Virus record (IMG/VR): IMGVR_UViG_3300045988_108377
Location: 1-64,000 of that record
DNA from: a virus
Length of the DNA: 64,000 nt
Strand: one strand, 5' to 3'
Of the stretch, positions 8,304 to 18,974 are shown piece by piece (within the stretch, counting starts at the first letter, position 1; every line of letters begins with the position of its first letter). The notes below the pieces were generated by a model that worked only from the letters and a program-made list of their open reading frames with translations, was not told the origin of the DNA and did not search any database. The position numbers and the translations under genes were made by a program.

Positions 8304-8537
8304 CTACAATTTTACTTTGATAGCCATTCTTTTGATGATATAATACACTGCTCTTTCCTTTAATGCGTATTTTTCCATGAGAAAACTTACGATATAGCCT
8401 ACTTTCAGCTTCTGGGCCTTCATTTGCTTGTATTCCTCGTAAATTTCGATGTTTCTAACCTCTGCAGGGTCAATTTTATTGTCCACAAGGGCTTGCAAAA
8501 GGGTTCTGTTGGCTTTAATTAGCTCGAATTTTGTCAT
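8304..8537 (-). CDS. small putative DNA-binding regulator
   Basis: The track start at 8573 lies in the GCAAATAATAA leader. The real ATG is at 8535-8537 after ...AAATTCAAATT. The C-terminal VSFLMEKYALKERAVYYIIKR resembles an HTH. Confidence 0.5.
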   Translation of the reverse strand: MTKFELIKANRTLLQALVDNKIDPAEVRNIEIYEEYKQMKAQKLKVGYIVSFLMEKYALKERAVYYIIKRMAIKVKL

Positions 8538-8653
8538 AATTTGAATTTTTAAGTTGTTTTTTATTATTTGCATGTAAGAAAAGCGTATTTTTGTCTTTTC
8601 TCAGTGCAAAAATACGAAAATATCTCGATTTTATGCTGATTTCCGTCTAAATT

Positions 8654-8685
8654 CTTGCTATATTTGATTAATTTTACTACATTTG
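8654..8685 (+). promoter_or_regulatory. candidate plus-strand promoter for the moron gene
   Basis: TACATTTG at 8678-8685 with CTTG at 8654-8657 (20-nt spacer). A second TATATTTG lies at 8659-8666. Both fit the Bacteroides -33 TTTG / -7 TAnnTTTG consensus. Confidence 0.35.
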
Positions 8686-8889
8686 TCGTGTGAAACATTA
8701 AATTCTACAAATTATGAACAAGATTTCAGTTTTATGACTTGCAATTCTTAGCACATGCGTTTTACAATGTTTATGCAGTTTCATGTTATGACCTTGTAAC
8801 GTAAGGGAGATGCCGGTTCGGCAAGTGGAACAATAAGTGCTCCTTGTCTATCCATGGTGGATAAGTTTAAACGTATAAATATAAGTATT

Positions 8890-9462
8890 ATGAAAAAGGT
8901 ATTTTTATTATTTGCATTGCTTTCTGTTTTTGCAGTTGCATCAGCTCAAAAAATCAATTACGACCGAACAAAAAACAATTTGCGTCTTATTGCAACAGAT
9001 GGTGTTATCTGCCGTAACATGAAAGACAAGATAGTCTTAAAGGTTGCGTTGGAAGCAATTGTAGCTGAGAGTGAAAGGGATTCCACATTATATTTTGCTC
9101 CGTCTCTCACTTGCGCAACACAATGCGAGGTGGCTAAAGGTGCCAAGATGTTAATTAAGTTGTTTGACGATTCTGTATTGGAGTTCACTGCTACTATCGG
9201 TAGCAAACAAATGGTTAGTGATGTTCATAACGTAAACGGACTTGTTTATTCCGACTATACCTGCAGACCTTCTTTCAGAATGTCTAAAAATGAATTAGAA
9301 CAAATTATCTCTAAGGGTGTCAAAAAAATCAGAATAGAAATGACTCCAGAAAACTACGAGAGCGAGTTTAAAAAAGATAAGATAGGAAAAGCCCTCGGAG
9401 AACGTTTGCCTTTGTTGGAGAAAACAATATCAACAAAGAAATCGTTTTCTGACGGTTTCTAA
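8890..9462 (+). CDS. secreted protein of unknown function (moron)
   Basis: I prefer the ATG at 8890. The signal peptide MKKVFLLFALLSVFAVASA/QK has no lipobox Cys. It is the only sizeable plus-strand gene in the left 56 kb and has its own promoter candidates and terminator. Confidence 0.7.
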   Translation: MKKVFLLFALLSVFAVASAQKINYDRTKNNLRLIATDGVICRNMKDKIVLKVALEAIVAESERDSTLYFAPSLTCATQCEVAKGAKMLIKLFDDSVLEFTATIGSKQMVSDVHNVNGLVYSDYTCRPSFRMSKNELEQIISKGVKKIRIEMTPENYESEFKKDKIGKALGERLPLLEKTISTKKSFSDGF

Positions 9463-9464
9463 AA

Positions 9465-9505
9465 ATAAAGGCAGAGACTATATTTATTTCGGTCTCTGCC
9501 TTTAT
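9465..9505. terminator. bidirectional intrinsic terminator between convergent genes
   Basis: Perfect 14-bp stem ATAAAGGCAGAGAC (9465-9478) / GTCTCTGCCTTTAT (9492-9505) with a 13-nt loop. T-rich on both exits. Confidence 0.8.
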
Positions 9506-9618
9506 TGTGTTGTGTTTCGGCCCAGGCAACTATATTTGCTTAAATCAACCCAGACTCTTTCATTTTGTCTCTCCAACGCCAATAATATTTAGTTTAGTTC
9601 TTCTTTTCGTTATATCTT

Positions 9619-12600
9619 CTATACATTATCTATATTCTGTATTGTTTCCACTCGGTTCTGGGTATCTGTTATCTCTTCCACAGAAACCACAGGTCTGATG
9701 GTCTGTACAGCTTCCGTAAATGAGTCCGTCATATCCTGAGTGTTCTGAACTACACTAAAGTTCCTGGAACTTGCTATAGGTACGCCCGAGCCTATAGCAT
9801 TCATGGCCGCAAGCATTGGCTCAAACATTTTTGTCGCCTTCGCAGTCATAACATACTCCCCATTGCTCAACTGAGCGTTTATGGAATCAGACGTACCCGT
9901 TCCAGGCCCTACAACCTTACCACCTTCGGCAAACTTAGCGGATTTTACCGTACTGATGGCTGTCGCCACATTTGCCAACACTGTTGCAACCGTGGTGGCT
10001 ATAGCTGCAAGGTTTGCCGGATAAGGAAGTGAAGATGCTGAGGCTATACCGGCAGAAAGAGCCTTACCGGTGTCAATCGCAATCTGGGCAAGGGTTATTA
10101 TCTTGCTCATCTTAGCGAAAGCAGAATTACTCTCGCCCAACGTGTCAAGCATGCTAATCATGCTTGCGCCAATAGACTGAAAAGCCTTCTTCTTGGCTTC
10201 CTCGTTCTTGATTTCTCCTTGGTTTATCTGAGCGTTCACATCAGAAAGGTTCTTCTTCGCTTCCGTATTCTGAGTCTCTACATCAAGTCGTGTCATTCCG
10301 ACATCAGCAAGTCTTTGCGTATACTCGTCCTCACTTTCACCTTCTTGCTGTTGGAACTGCTGCAAGTAGTCAAGCTTTTCTTGTGCTGCCTGTCTCTGAA
10401 TCTCCAACTGGTCTTGCTCATTCTGCGTCTGGACCTCGAGGCCTAAAGTGTTTAGATTCTGCTGCAATTCCGTTTGTTGCTCACCTTCCATCTGTAGCTC
10501 GGCAAGTTTATTGGCGAAAACTTGTTGGCGATCTGCCTCTTGCTGTTTGGCATATTCTAAATCAGCTTGAGCCTTCTGTTGTCTTGCCCTTGCCTCGATG
10601 TCAACACGTTCTTGCTCATATTGTGCGGTAATGTTTGTTAAGGCTTCTTGCATGGTCTGGTAAGCAGCGACTTTTGAATTATAGAACTCTTGGTCTTTGG
10701 ATAGCGTATCGGCATCCGCACCATTTGCTTTGTCTGAATCCAGCTTGGCCTTTGCAGCGTCCATTTCTTTCTTAGCATTGTCACGCTTCTCTGTTGCATC
10801 AAGGGTGCCCGTCTTTGAATCATTTTTTAAATTGTTGAGGCTAAGTTTTGTTTCCTCTTCAATCTTCTGTTTCTTCAACGCCAGTTCCTCTGCACTGCCT
10901 TTCTGAACAACAGAAAGACGAGAGTCTATGTATTTCTGCTGACGAGCTATCTCTTGCTTGATGTTCTCATCAGAGAGTTTTTCAAGTTCCTGGTTCTTCT
11001 TGATTTCCTTATACTTGATAGTCTCGTTGATAGCATCCCTTGCTGTAGCAGTGAGGTTACGTTCCGTTGCAAGACGAGATTTTAGCTTGTTTATCTCGTC
11101 ATTATACTGCGTTTCAATCTGTATTCTACGCTTCTCGATGGTATCTTCCATCGTAGCGAGCATGGCATCATGTGCAGCCTTCAACACCTCTTGCTCCTTC
11201 TTTGCTTGCTGCTCTTGTTCTCTTGCTGCCTTATCTTTTGCCGACTTTTGCTTCTTCAATGCTTTATCGTCAACAGATGCAGGTGGAGTAGAGGAATTAT
11301 CATTTTCCTTGTCAGGCTTTTGCGGCTTTGGCTTTTGTGGAGCTTGTTTCTTTTTTGACTGCACCTTTGTTTTGGTAGTCGTTACTTGGTTTGAATTTCC
11401 TTGGCTCTTGATTTTCGAGATAGTTCCACTAACTCTTGCATTATGTTCCTTGTTGTATTTCTTGTCAGCAGAGTTAATTGCATTTGCAGCTTCCTTTGTG
11501 TTGTTCTTGATGATGTTGCTCATGTTGGCAAACTTATTTGCAACACCTTTTCCGAAGTCAGAAACAGACTTTGCGAGATTTGCGAAGTCATTCTTGATGT
11601 TTCCCCAGTTAAGAGTGAATACATCTGCAAGGATCGAGCCTGCATTCTTTGCCACATTTCCCAACATCTTGAAGTAGCTGACAATAGTAGTGATAGCAAA
11701 CTTACCTATTTCCATCATACTCTTGAATACGGCACCCACAATGGCTACGGTTACGGCAAATGCTCTTGCTGCCCGACCTGTAATATCTAGTCTAGCCGCG
11801 AATAGCTTGAATACGTTTATGACCAAATAAAATACGTTCACTAAAGCTGTCCATACTTTCGTGAATGTACCTTTGACCCAATTTGCAAAAGGTGCGAGAT
11901 AACCGGTACCATGAGCAAACGCATCATACAAAGACATCAAAGCATCGAAAGCAAGACTCAGTATTGCGGTAACGATAAAACCTTTGAATGCCGTTTTGCA
12001 AGTCATAACAAAGCCCCTTGCCGCAATTCCTGCAACAGCCATACCCTTTTTCCATGCGTTACCAGATGTAATAGCTTGTACCTGATTCCATTTGGCGACC
12101 TCAGTTGCTTGTAATTTCTGAGTGTTGGCAGTTTGTATTACCAACTGCTGTTTCTTTGCTGCAAGCTGGGTTTCTATCAGCTTCTGTTGCTCAGCAGACA
12201 TCTTGTTGGCCGCAGTCTTGTTATTCTCCAACTGAGCCGTAAGTGTTGCCGTTTCCCTTCGCAAAGTCTGCTCTTTTGCCTGACTGGTCCTGACTGCCAT
12301 TGATGCACTCTGGGCACTACTATAAGCAGACGTAGTTATCTCTGTATATGCTGTTCGAGCTGATGATACGAGCTTTGCAAAGGATATGCCTGCTATAACG
12401 TCCATTATAACTTTTCCAACGGTGGAAAGATTCATTGTAATCCAAAGAATGCCCTTTCGTATAGACTCTGTAAAAGTAACAAGTGGGTTGTCTGTTGTCT
12501 TGCCAAGTGTTATCTGCAAGTTTTCCCATGCTGATTGAACACCATATAAAGAATTTGACAACTCACTATATGACTGCTTGAACATTCTTTCCGTTGTTCC

Positions 12601-13926
12601 CTGTGAGTTATTGAGAATATCCAGCTTAGTTTTAAGTCCATCAATATTATTGAGCAATGCCATTGCTTGCGGTGCTACTCTTCGACCGAAGATGTCGCCA
12701 AGCAACTCTGCCGAATTAGCGGCTTTCATAACACCACTATCACGCAACTTCTCCAATGTCTTTGTCAAACCTTCTGAGCGCAAAGATGATTCGGAAATGT
12801 CAACCCCCAACTGCTTAAAAGCCTTCTGTTGCTTTGCTGTAGGAGATGCAAGTCCCATCAACACCATACGAATAGCTGTACCTGCGTCTGATCCCTTGAT
12901 ACCGACATCGGCAAGAACACCGAGAGAAGCATTAACTTCCTCGATTGACTGGCCGAGGGAGTGACCGAATGGTGCAGCGTTCTTCTCTGCTTCGGCAAGC
13001 ATACTGATGTTAGTAGCAGAATGCGCTGCAGTAGAAGAGAGAACATCGTTAACTCTTCCCATATCCTTAACCTCCAATCCGAATCCGTTCATTACGTTCG
13101 TGGTGATGTCGGCAGCTTCCGCAAGACCTATGGTATTAGCCTGTGCCAATTGCAAGGTAGGACCGAGTGCTTCCGTTGCTTGCTGGGCACTCAGTCCGTT
13201 TCTCGTAAGGTTCTCCAAAGAGTTAGCAGCCTCCGTTGCAGTGTAACGAGTGGTTGAACCCCATTTAAGGGCTTCTTGCTCCATCATCTGAAACTCTGCT
13301 TGTGTGGCATTGGTAACGGCTTGCACTCTCGCCATACCGTCCTCAAAGTTTCTTGTCGTCTCAATAACTTTTTTGCCGAATGCTACAATACCGCCACCAG
13401 TAGCCATCATTGCCATCTGTTTTACAAGGTCGGCTGCCTTTCCCTTTAAGTTGTTCAATCCTTGAACGGCTTGCGAAGGATTGCCCATGTTCTTGTAAAA
13501 GGCTGATGTCTCTGCTGAGGCTGAGGCTATCTCAGTCTTCAACGATGCAATGTGTGCCTTCAACTGAGTGCCAGAAGATGATTCTCTCTCGGCACGACTC
13601 ATATTCTGATATTGTGTCGTAGCTTGGGCAAGTTCGGCTTTCAACTGCTTGATAGAGCCTTCTTGTGCCTTTACCATAGTGATTTGTCTCTGCACCTGAT
13701 TAGTCAAGTCTTGTGCTGCTGTTTGGTTCGCCTTAACCTCGGTTCTACTATAAGCCATTGCAGCTTGGTATTGTTCCTGTGTGATTTTACCATCCTTCAA
13801 CTCTTGTTTCAACTGCTTCTGCTTTTCTTTAGCAGCATCAATGGCTTGCCCATACTGAGCAAGACCTTGAACTGCTGAAACGACATTCACTTGAATATCT
13901 ATGATTTTAACTCTTGTATCTGCCAT
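9619..13926 (-). CDS. tail tape measure protein
   Basis: 1435 aa, the longest ORF. The N-terminal third resembles the TP901-type TMP core (RNFEDGMARVQAVTNAT..., AANSLENLTRNGLSAQQA...). It also has hydrophobic G/A-rich segments and a very long K/E/Q coiled coil. Confidence 0.85.
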   Translation of the reverse strand: MADTRVKIIDIQVNVVSAVQGLAQYGQAIDAAKEKQKQLKQELKDGKITQEQYQAAMAYSRTEVKANQTAAQDLTNQVQRQITMVKAQEGSIKQLKAELAQATTQYQNMSRAERESSSGTQLKAHIASLKTEIASASAETSAFYKNMGNPSQAVQGLNNLKGKAADLVKQMAMMATGGGIVAFGKKVIETTRNFEDGMARVQAVTNATQAEFQMMEQEALKWGSTTRYTATEAANSLENLTRNGLSAQQATEALGPTLQLAQANTIGLAEAADITTNVMNGFGLEVKDMGRVNDVLSSTAAHSATNISMLAEAEKNAAPFGHSLGQSIEEVNASLGVLADVGIKGSDAGTAIRMVLMGLASPTAKQQKAFKQLGVDISESSLRSEGLTKTLEKLRDSGVMKAANSAELLGDIFGRRVAPQAMALLNNIDGLKTKLDILNNSQGTTERMFKQSYSELSNSLYGVQSAWENLQITLGKTTDNPLVTFTESIRKGILWITMNLSTVGKVIMDVIAGISFAKLVSSARTAYTEITTSAYSSAQSASMAVRTSQAKEQTLRRETATLTAQLENNKTAANKMSAEQQKLIETQLAAKKQQLVIQTANTQKLQATEVAKWNQVQAITSGNAWKKGMAVAGIAARGFVMTCKTAFKGFIVTAILSLAFDALMSLYDAFAHGTGYLAPFANWVKGTFTKVWTALVNVFYLVINVFKLFAARLDITGRAARAFAVTVAIVGAVFKSMMEIGKFAITTIVSYFKMLGNVAKNAGSILADVFTLNWGNIKNDFANLAKSVSDFGKGVANKFANMSNIIKNNTKEAANAINSADKKYNKEHNARVSGTISKIKSQGNSNQVTTTKTKVQSKKKQAPQKPKPQKPDKENDNSSTPPASVDDKALKKQKSAKDKAAREQEQQAKKEQEVLKAAHDAMLATMEDTIEKRRIQIETQYNDEINKLKSRLATERNLTATARDAINETIKYKEIKKNQELEKLSDENIKQEIARQQKYIDSRLSVVQKGSAEELALKKQKIEEETKLSLNNLKNDSKTGTLDATEKRDNAKKEMDAAKAKLDSDKANGADADTLSKDQEFYNSKVAAYQTMQEALTNITAQYEQERVDIEARARQQKAQADLEYAKQQEADRQQVFANKLAELQMEGEQQTELQQNLNTLGLEVQTQNEQDQLEIQRQAAQEKLDYLQQFQQQEGESEDEYTQRLADVGMTRLDVETQNTEAKKNLSDVNAQINQGEIKNEEAKKKAFQSIGASMISMLDTLGESNSAFAKMSKIITLAQIAIDTGKALSAGIASASSLPYPANLAAIATTVATVLANVATAISTVKSAKFAEGGKVVGPGTGTSDSINAQLSNGEYVMTAKATKMFEPMLAAMNAIGSGVPIASSRNFSVVQNTQDMTDSFTEAVQTIRPVVSVEEITDTQNRVETIQNIDNV

Positions 13927-13928
13927 AA

Positions 13929-16628
13929 TTATTGAATTTTAAATTCGTAATCATTATAATCTCCTTCTTCGTAATGGTCAAGCCATACTTCTTTGATTTC
14001 CCAATTTGTGTTACTTGTAGGATTTGGTGTTTGAAAAGCACCACCATTTAAGTTCACTTTCGAATGCTGCACATATTGCCCTTCTGTATCATTACTTATA
14101 ATGAACCCTATTGTTATTGTTCTGTCCTCTTTTGATGTCGTGGTGATATTATAATGCAAGGACTTCGCAAACTGGGAGTCAAAAGATAATGTTATTTTTA
14201 CGGGTGGCTTGTATGTAGGAAGCTTAACAAGCTCGCATTTACATAAGCCCTTGCTGTTTCTCTGTATACTGATGATGGCGAAATAATTATTGTACTTCTC
14301 CAAATATACCGGTTTGGCATAGTCAATGTCCATTATGTCAAATTCGTTCAATGCAAGATTCTCTGTTATCACGAAAGGATGCTCTACTATCTCTTGTAAA
14401 TAACGATAAGACGGGTTCATTAATATATCCTTAAAAGGGTTCAATACCGACATTCTTGTGTACTTTTCCACTCCATAATTTTCTTCCCAGGATTTGATTC
14501 TATCCTCTTTCATTGTATCAAAGAACGGAATACGATGTATGTACCCCAAGGCAGGTTTTGACTCCACATACTTCCCCTTGTTTTTATTGACAATCTCGCC
14601 TCTGTCGTTTACGGAATAATTTACATTCGACAAATCGTAGCTCCTTGCTTTTATTGTGCAATCTGTCGCCAAAGGATATTTTCGATTTAATATATACGGA
14701 GGATAAAATGGTGCTTGATGTACGGTTTGCTCTTTGTCCATTGTTGTGTCCTGGCATTTTATACTACCAACACCGTCTTCGTAAACATCATCTTCCTCTT
14801 TTAAGTCGGCTTCCGTTCTGTCCAAATCATCCCATTTACTCATGTAATAGTTTTTTTGTTTAAAGCTATCCAAATGTGGGGTGATTTCTGAATTCGTAAT
14901 GTCTGTTGTCAGTATTTTATTGGACCAATCATACACATTTCCTGCGGAAAGGTTATTCTTAATCTCCACATATTTCTTCGCTCTAATGGCTCCTTTGTTG
15001 TCTACATACGGAAAGCTTCCAAGGATATAGAATATACTCTTCATCAATTCCAAGCAGTCTATATCTGGAAGATTTGTATAAGTGTCGATTCTGTGTGGCC
15101 ATGTCCCATCATCTGTATCGTTAACCTTTGGGGTCATCACAAGTGGCTCCTCAAATACTATGTTCTTGATTTCTGTGTAATTGTCTCCAATGGAGAACCA
15201 ATATTCGGAATATTCACCCGTAGAGACATCATCCGACTGGAAAGAGCCAGTTTCATATCCCTCAACCTCCATGAAATTGAAGTTGAGTCTGTAGTGTGTA
15301 TTAAAATTTTCATCGTATTGTTTTTCGATACTTGTAGCTGCGAATGAGCTTACCTCAAATCTCTCAATATGCTCATCACTCCATCCTACATTTACTTTTT
15401 TCCAGCTATAAACATGCAGTTTCAGATTATCATACAAATCTTGGGTTAGTTTGGTGGACGACTTTATGTCTATGTAAAATTTTCCTTCGAACTTAATAGG
15501 ACAACCTGACCTTGCCCTTATTCCAACACAAGTATATTTTGGTTTTACCCATTCTGATGCTGTGCTTGCGGAATATTTAATCAATGCCTCCTTTGACGAT
15601 GGAAAGTCCCAAAAGATTTTGTTTCCTTCGTCATCCCTATAGGAATAAGAGATATAATATATATCGTCTTTAAAGGATGTATACTCAAAAGTTGATGGAG
15701 ATACTAAGATTGGTTTCTCAAATAATAATATGTTTGGAGTCCCCAATATACCCTTATAGGCATTGAAATTTTTCTTGGTTATATGTATACCATTGAAAAC
15801 AAGGTTCAGTGACATGTTGTTTATCTGCCTTTCAGTCAGGTCTATTCCTGTAAGTGGAAGTACACCGTATGTTATAATATTTTCTTCCTCCATCAACCAT
15901 TCCGAGATTGGGTGTGTCTGCAATTTTTCAATTCCAGATGCAGAACTCCCCAGCTCAAAATCTGTCTGATAAATTTCGTTTATCTTTTCAATTATATAGC
16001 GCAAAGGCATGACGGGTTTAGGAGTTCCTTGGGAAAAAACTGTAGTATATCCATTCTTAAAAGGATAATCTGTATAGTTTGGGTCAGATGGATAAACACC
16101 GTAATAAGGACGTAATATTTTTCTTCCATTATCGAATTGGAAAACGTCACTTCCACCCGTTTGATAATCTAAACACCACTCTACCACACCATCGCTACTC
16201 AACTCGTCATCTTCATATCCTACGTTTATCAATTCTTTTCGCAATTCGTTCAAACTGCAACTATCATCCTTTAACCTTTGCAATCCATCCAAAACATCAA
16301 ATGTGAAGACGCAACTATAGCTATCGTTCGCCATCTGTTTTAAGTACAGATTTCCGTTCTTAAAAAGAGGAATACCATTCTGTACATATTCTGCCTTAAC
16401 CTTTTTGCCAAGCATCTCACTATTATGACGCACGTCTTCTGCGAAATCAAAAACTTCTCTGTTGTGTCTTGTCATTGGGATTTTGAACGTATACGAATAA
16501 GAACAACTCACCTTATCAAGTGAGTTGAACAGATTGCTGACCCACTTCAAAGTTATACCACTTGGAGTAGTGAGGTCTACAGACAGCCTTACTCCGTTCT
16601 TGTCATAGACATATAACTCTTCTACCAT
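13929..16628 (-). CDS. large virion (tail/baseplate or host-recognition) protein, family not recognised
   Basis: 899 aa. Its stop is 2 nt before the TMP start, and it overlaps the upstream ORF by 7 nt. Size and position argue for a structural role only. Confidence 0.5.
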   Translation of the reverse strand: MVEELYVYDKNGVRLSVDLTTPSGITLKWVSNLFNSLDKVSCSYSYTFKIPMTRHNREVFDFAEDVRHNSEMLGKKVKAEYVQNGIPLFKNGNLYLKQMANDSYSCVFTFDVLDGLQRLKDDSCSLNELRKELINVGYEDDELSSDGVVEWCLDYQTGGSDVFQFDNGRKILRPYYGVYPSDPNYTDYPFKNGYTTVFSQGTPKPVMPLRYIIEKINEIYQTDFELGSSASGIEKLQTHPISEWLMEEENIITYGVLPLTGIDLTERQINNMSLNLVFNGIHITKKNFNAYKGILGTPNILLFEKPILVSPSTFEYTSFKDDIYYISYSYRDDEGNKIFWDFPSSKEALIKYSASTASEWVKPKYTCVGIRARSGCPIKFEGKFYIDIKSSTKLTQDLYDNLKLHVYSWKKVNVGWSDEHIERFEVSSFAATSIEKQYDENFNTHYRLNFNFMEVEGYETGSFQSDDVSTGEYSEYWFSIGDNYTEIKNIVFEEPLVMTPKVNDTDDGTWPHRIDTYTNLPDIDCLELMKSIFYILGSFPYVDNKGAIRAKKYVEIKNNLSAGNVYDWSNKILTTDITNSEITPHLDSFKQKNYYMSKWDDLDRTEADLKEEDDVYEDGVGSIKCQDTTMDKEQTVHQAPFYPPYILNRKYPLATDCTIKARSYDLSNVNYSVNDRGEIVNKNKGKYVESKPALGYIHRIPFFDTMKEDRIKSWEENYGVEKYTRMSVLNPFKDILMNPSYRYLQEIVEHPFVITENLALNEFDIMDIDYAKPVYLEKYNNYFAIISIQRNSKGLCKCELVKLPTYKPPVKITLSFDSQFAKSLHYNITTTSKEDRTITIGFIISNDTEGQYVQHSKVNLNGGAFQTPNPTSNTNWEIKEVWLDHYEEGDYNDYEFKIQ

Positions 16629-16819
16629 ATTGCAATCTCCGTATAGTTAAACCACTGCTCTTGGATATTTATGTATCCATGTCGCATAGCCACGACAAGA
16701 AGCCTGTCATGATATTTGTCCACCTTGACAATATTCCCTTCCTCACCGGTCTGTATGATGACACAAGGTCTGATACCTTGCTTATTCATCTTTAAATTCT
16801 TGAATGTATCGTAACGCAT
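16622..16819 (-). CDS. hypothetical protein (structural block)
   Basis: 65 aa, ATG at 16817-16819, overlaps the next ORF. Confidence 0.45.
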   Translation of the reverse strand: MRYDTFKNLKMNKQGIRPCVIIQTGEEGNIVKVDKYHDRLLVVAMRHGYINIQEQWFNYTEIAIW

Positions 16820-16822
16820 ACC

Positions 16823-17932
16823 TTATAATGTTTGTGATGCTGTATCTGGCATTGTGAATTGAATTTCATAATCTTGTAGCACTTTCTTTTGAGACACCTT
16901 GTAGGACCCTGCAACCATGTTGATAGGCAACCATACTTCCTCGTTCTTTTGGTTGTAACCTAAGAAGAGGTCTACGTAAGGTGACTTAATGATAGTTTCC
17001 ACCGTACGGAGCATATTCTCGTTAAGACTGATGGCCGCACACTTGTGAGTCTCCGTATTCTTAATGGATGTTGTCCTCTCAATGTTTCCGTAATAGATGC
17101 CGTTGAGTTCCTTCTTTATAGGTTTAGTGTTGCTTCCTAACTTGTTCTTGTGTGTGATTGTTCCTTTTTTGAATAGCCAGTACTGAATGAAACCATATTG
17201 ATCTATCCATCTGATATAGTAACCTTCTGTCTCATCGCTCACGATGACCCTTACTTTCTCTTGTGTGTATTGATACGACTTACCGAACGTATCATCAAAC
17301 ACGAATGGGAAAGTTGAGGCTATCGCTTCTTTGTCTACAGCAATGCTGTAAATGATTTGGTTTTTAGCATCTGCGGATGGCTGTACGTCAAGGATAGCCG
17401 GTTGATTTCCTATATCTACTACTGTTTCCTTTCCTCCGTCAATAGTAGCTTTTAGGTCTTTACTCCCTGACGGCGCAAAGAACGAAATACTGCAAGGGAA
17501 TCTCTTGAACCATTTTGTCTCTCTGTAGAAAGTTATAGTCTTTCTCTCTATGACACTCTGCTCTTGCTTGAACTTTCCCAACACCTCGCCCAAACCGAAA
17601 GGATCTCCCAAGCGTATACAACCCCACATGATTGTTAAGGTTGTTTGACCGATATTCTCCCCATTGTTCAATACGGCTATTGTCGCTTCTTCCACACGAT
17701 GGGTCAAATAATCATCATCGAATAGAAGCTGGAGTATTCTGCTGATATAACACTTGCCCTTGCCCTTATAGAGTGAACATGTTATGTTGAATTCCTTGGC
17801 AGAACTCGCAACACTTACCTCAACGGAATTTATAGAACTTTCTAAATTGAAATCTATGTAGTTCGGATTGAAAGCAAATACATATTTATTAGGGAATGTT
17901 ATGCTGCCACTATTTGTCGTCTTTGTCACCAT
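16823..17932 (-). CDS. putative virion structural protein
   Basis: 369 aa in the late operon between TerL and the tail genes. No motif recognised. Confidence 0.45.
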   Translation of the reverse strand: MVTKTTNSGSITFPNKYVFAFNPNYIDFNLESSINSVEVSVASSAKEFNITCSLYKGKGKCYISRILQLLFDDDYLTHRVEEATIAVLNNGENIGQTTLTIMWGCIRLGDPFGLGEVLGKFKQEQSVIERKTITFYRETKWFKRFPCSISFFAPSGSKDLKATIDGGKETVVDIGNQPAILDVQPSADAKNQIIYSIAVDKEAIASTFPFVFDDTFGKSYQYTQEKVRVIVSDETEGYYIRWIDQYGFIQYWLFKKGTITHKNKLGSNTKPIKKELNGIYYGNIERTTSIKNTETHKCAAISLNENMLRTVETIIKSPYVDLFLGYNQKNEEVWLPINMVAGSYKVSQKKVLQDYEIQFTMPDTASQTL

Positions 17933-18416
17933 AAGCGTAAGAATCGTTAATTTTGTCTATTTCTATTTCCATCACTGCAGATGTCTCTGCGGATAGCTTC
18001 TTTATCTCTTCCTCCAACAGACTATCGTAGATGTCATTGTACCCCTTGTCTCTATAAAGCTTTGTACCCTTTTGCATGATGTTGCGAGTGACAAGGTAAC
18101 TGAAACTCTCTATCGCTTGCCTTTGGCTCTGTCCTTTCCTCGGCTTAACATTGATGCCTTTTGTTCTCACCCAGTTCTTGATGATTTCTCTAAAGTTGGA
18201 TGGCACCTTGCCAGGACCTCGTCCTCGTTGCATGGTCTCCCATTGCTTGCCACCTGAAAGGACTCCTTCCGAATCCTTCACGTCAACTTCCAATGAAGCC
18301 ACTGAACGACCGCTTGCCATTCTTCCCGAAGCTGCCATTCTTTGCGCTATTCCTACCTTGATGTTTCCAAGGTGCAATGTAAGCAGTCTATCAACCTCAG
18401 TTATTACGTCACTCAT
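17910..18416 (-). CDS. putative virion/morphogenesis protein
   Basis: 168 aa, ATG at 18414-18416, 23-nt overlap with the downstream ORF. Confidence 0.45.
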   Translation of the reverse strand: MSDVITEVDRLLTLHLGNIKVGIAQRMAASGRMASGRSVASLEVDVKDSEGVLSGGKQWETMQRGRGPGKVPSNFREIIKNWVRTKGINVKPRKGQSQRQAIESFSYLVTRNIMQKGTKLYRDKGYNDIYDSLLEEEIKKLSAETSAVMEIEIDKINDSYAYGDKDDK

Positions 18417-18478
18417 ATAGAAATATTTTTACTTTTATAGCCAAAAACCCGAGAAAATAAAGAAATAATATTTACAAA

Positions 18479-18973
18479 TTAACTTCCTTCATTTTCATCT
18501 TCATAACGACTTTCTTCTTCACAGATGATAATACCATCCACCTCTTCAAGAGGTAAGTTGAGTACAATTCCCGTGACGTTTTGGTCGAGAAAGTCGTACA
18601 CTACCTGATAAGGCTGTTTCCCCTCAATCAGTTCAAAGCATTTACTGGCATTGAGTGCCTTGATAAACTTGATTGCAAGCCTCTTCATCTGTTCGATGAT
18701 GTTGTCGTTTTCTGTTCCGTCAAAGTCGAAGTCTGTAGGGGCAAGAAAGCCAATCTGTGTCTCGGGGTAATCCTTGACCCTGGCATAGCTGAAATCCAAC
18801 TTTCCCGACGGAGGAAGAACATAAACCACAGATGGCTTGGTGATGGCATCCATGGCCACATTGGCTTGCGACCAATTCATGAAGAGGTATTCTACATCTT
18901 CTCCAATGGACTCTGCTACCTTTCTGACCTTGGCTTCCACTGTCCCATATTTCTTTATTCCTTTCAGTTCCAT
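18479..18973 (-). CDS. putative morphogenesis protein (acidic)
   Basis: I prefer the ATG at 18971-18973 (MELKGIKKYG...), 1 nt after the upstream stop. The track start at 19015 would overlap by 41 nt. Confidence 0.45.
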   Translation of the reverse strand: MELKGIKKYGTVEAKVRKVAESIGEDVEYLFMNWSQANVAMDAITKPSVVYVLPPSGKLDFSYARVKDYPETQIGFLAPTDFDFDGTENDNIIEQMKRLAIKFIKALNASKCFELIEGKQPYQVVYDFLDQNVTGIVLNLPLEEVDGIIICEEESRYEDENEGS

Positions 18974-18974
18974 A

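Noticed and set aside
9619-13926. Many plus-strand ORFs inside the tape-measure gene, for example 10958..11677 (239 aa) and 12578..12964
   Set aside because: They are shadow ORFs opposite a long, compositionally biased CDS. Their sequences are low-complexity Ser/Leu/Phe/Cys-rich and would overlap the 1435-aa ORF entirely.
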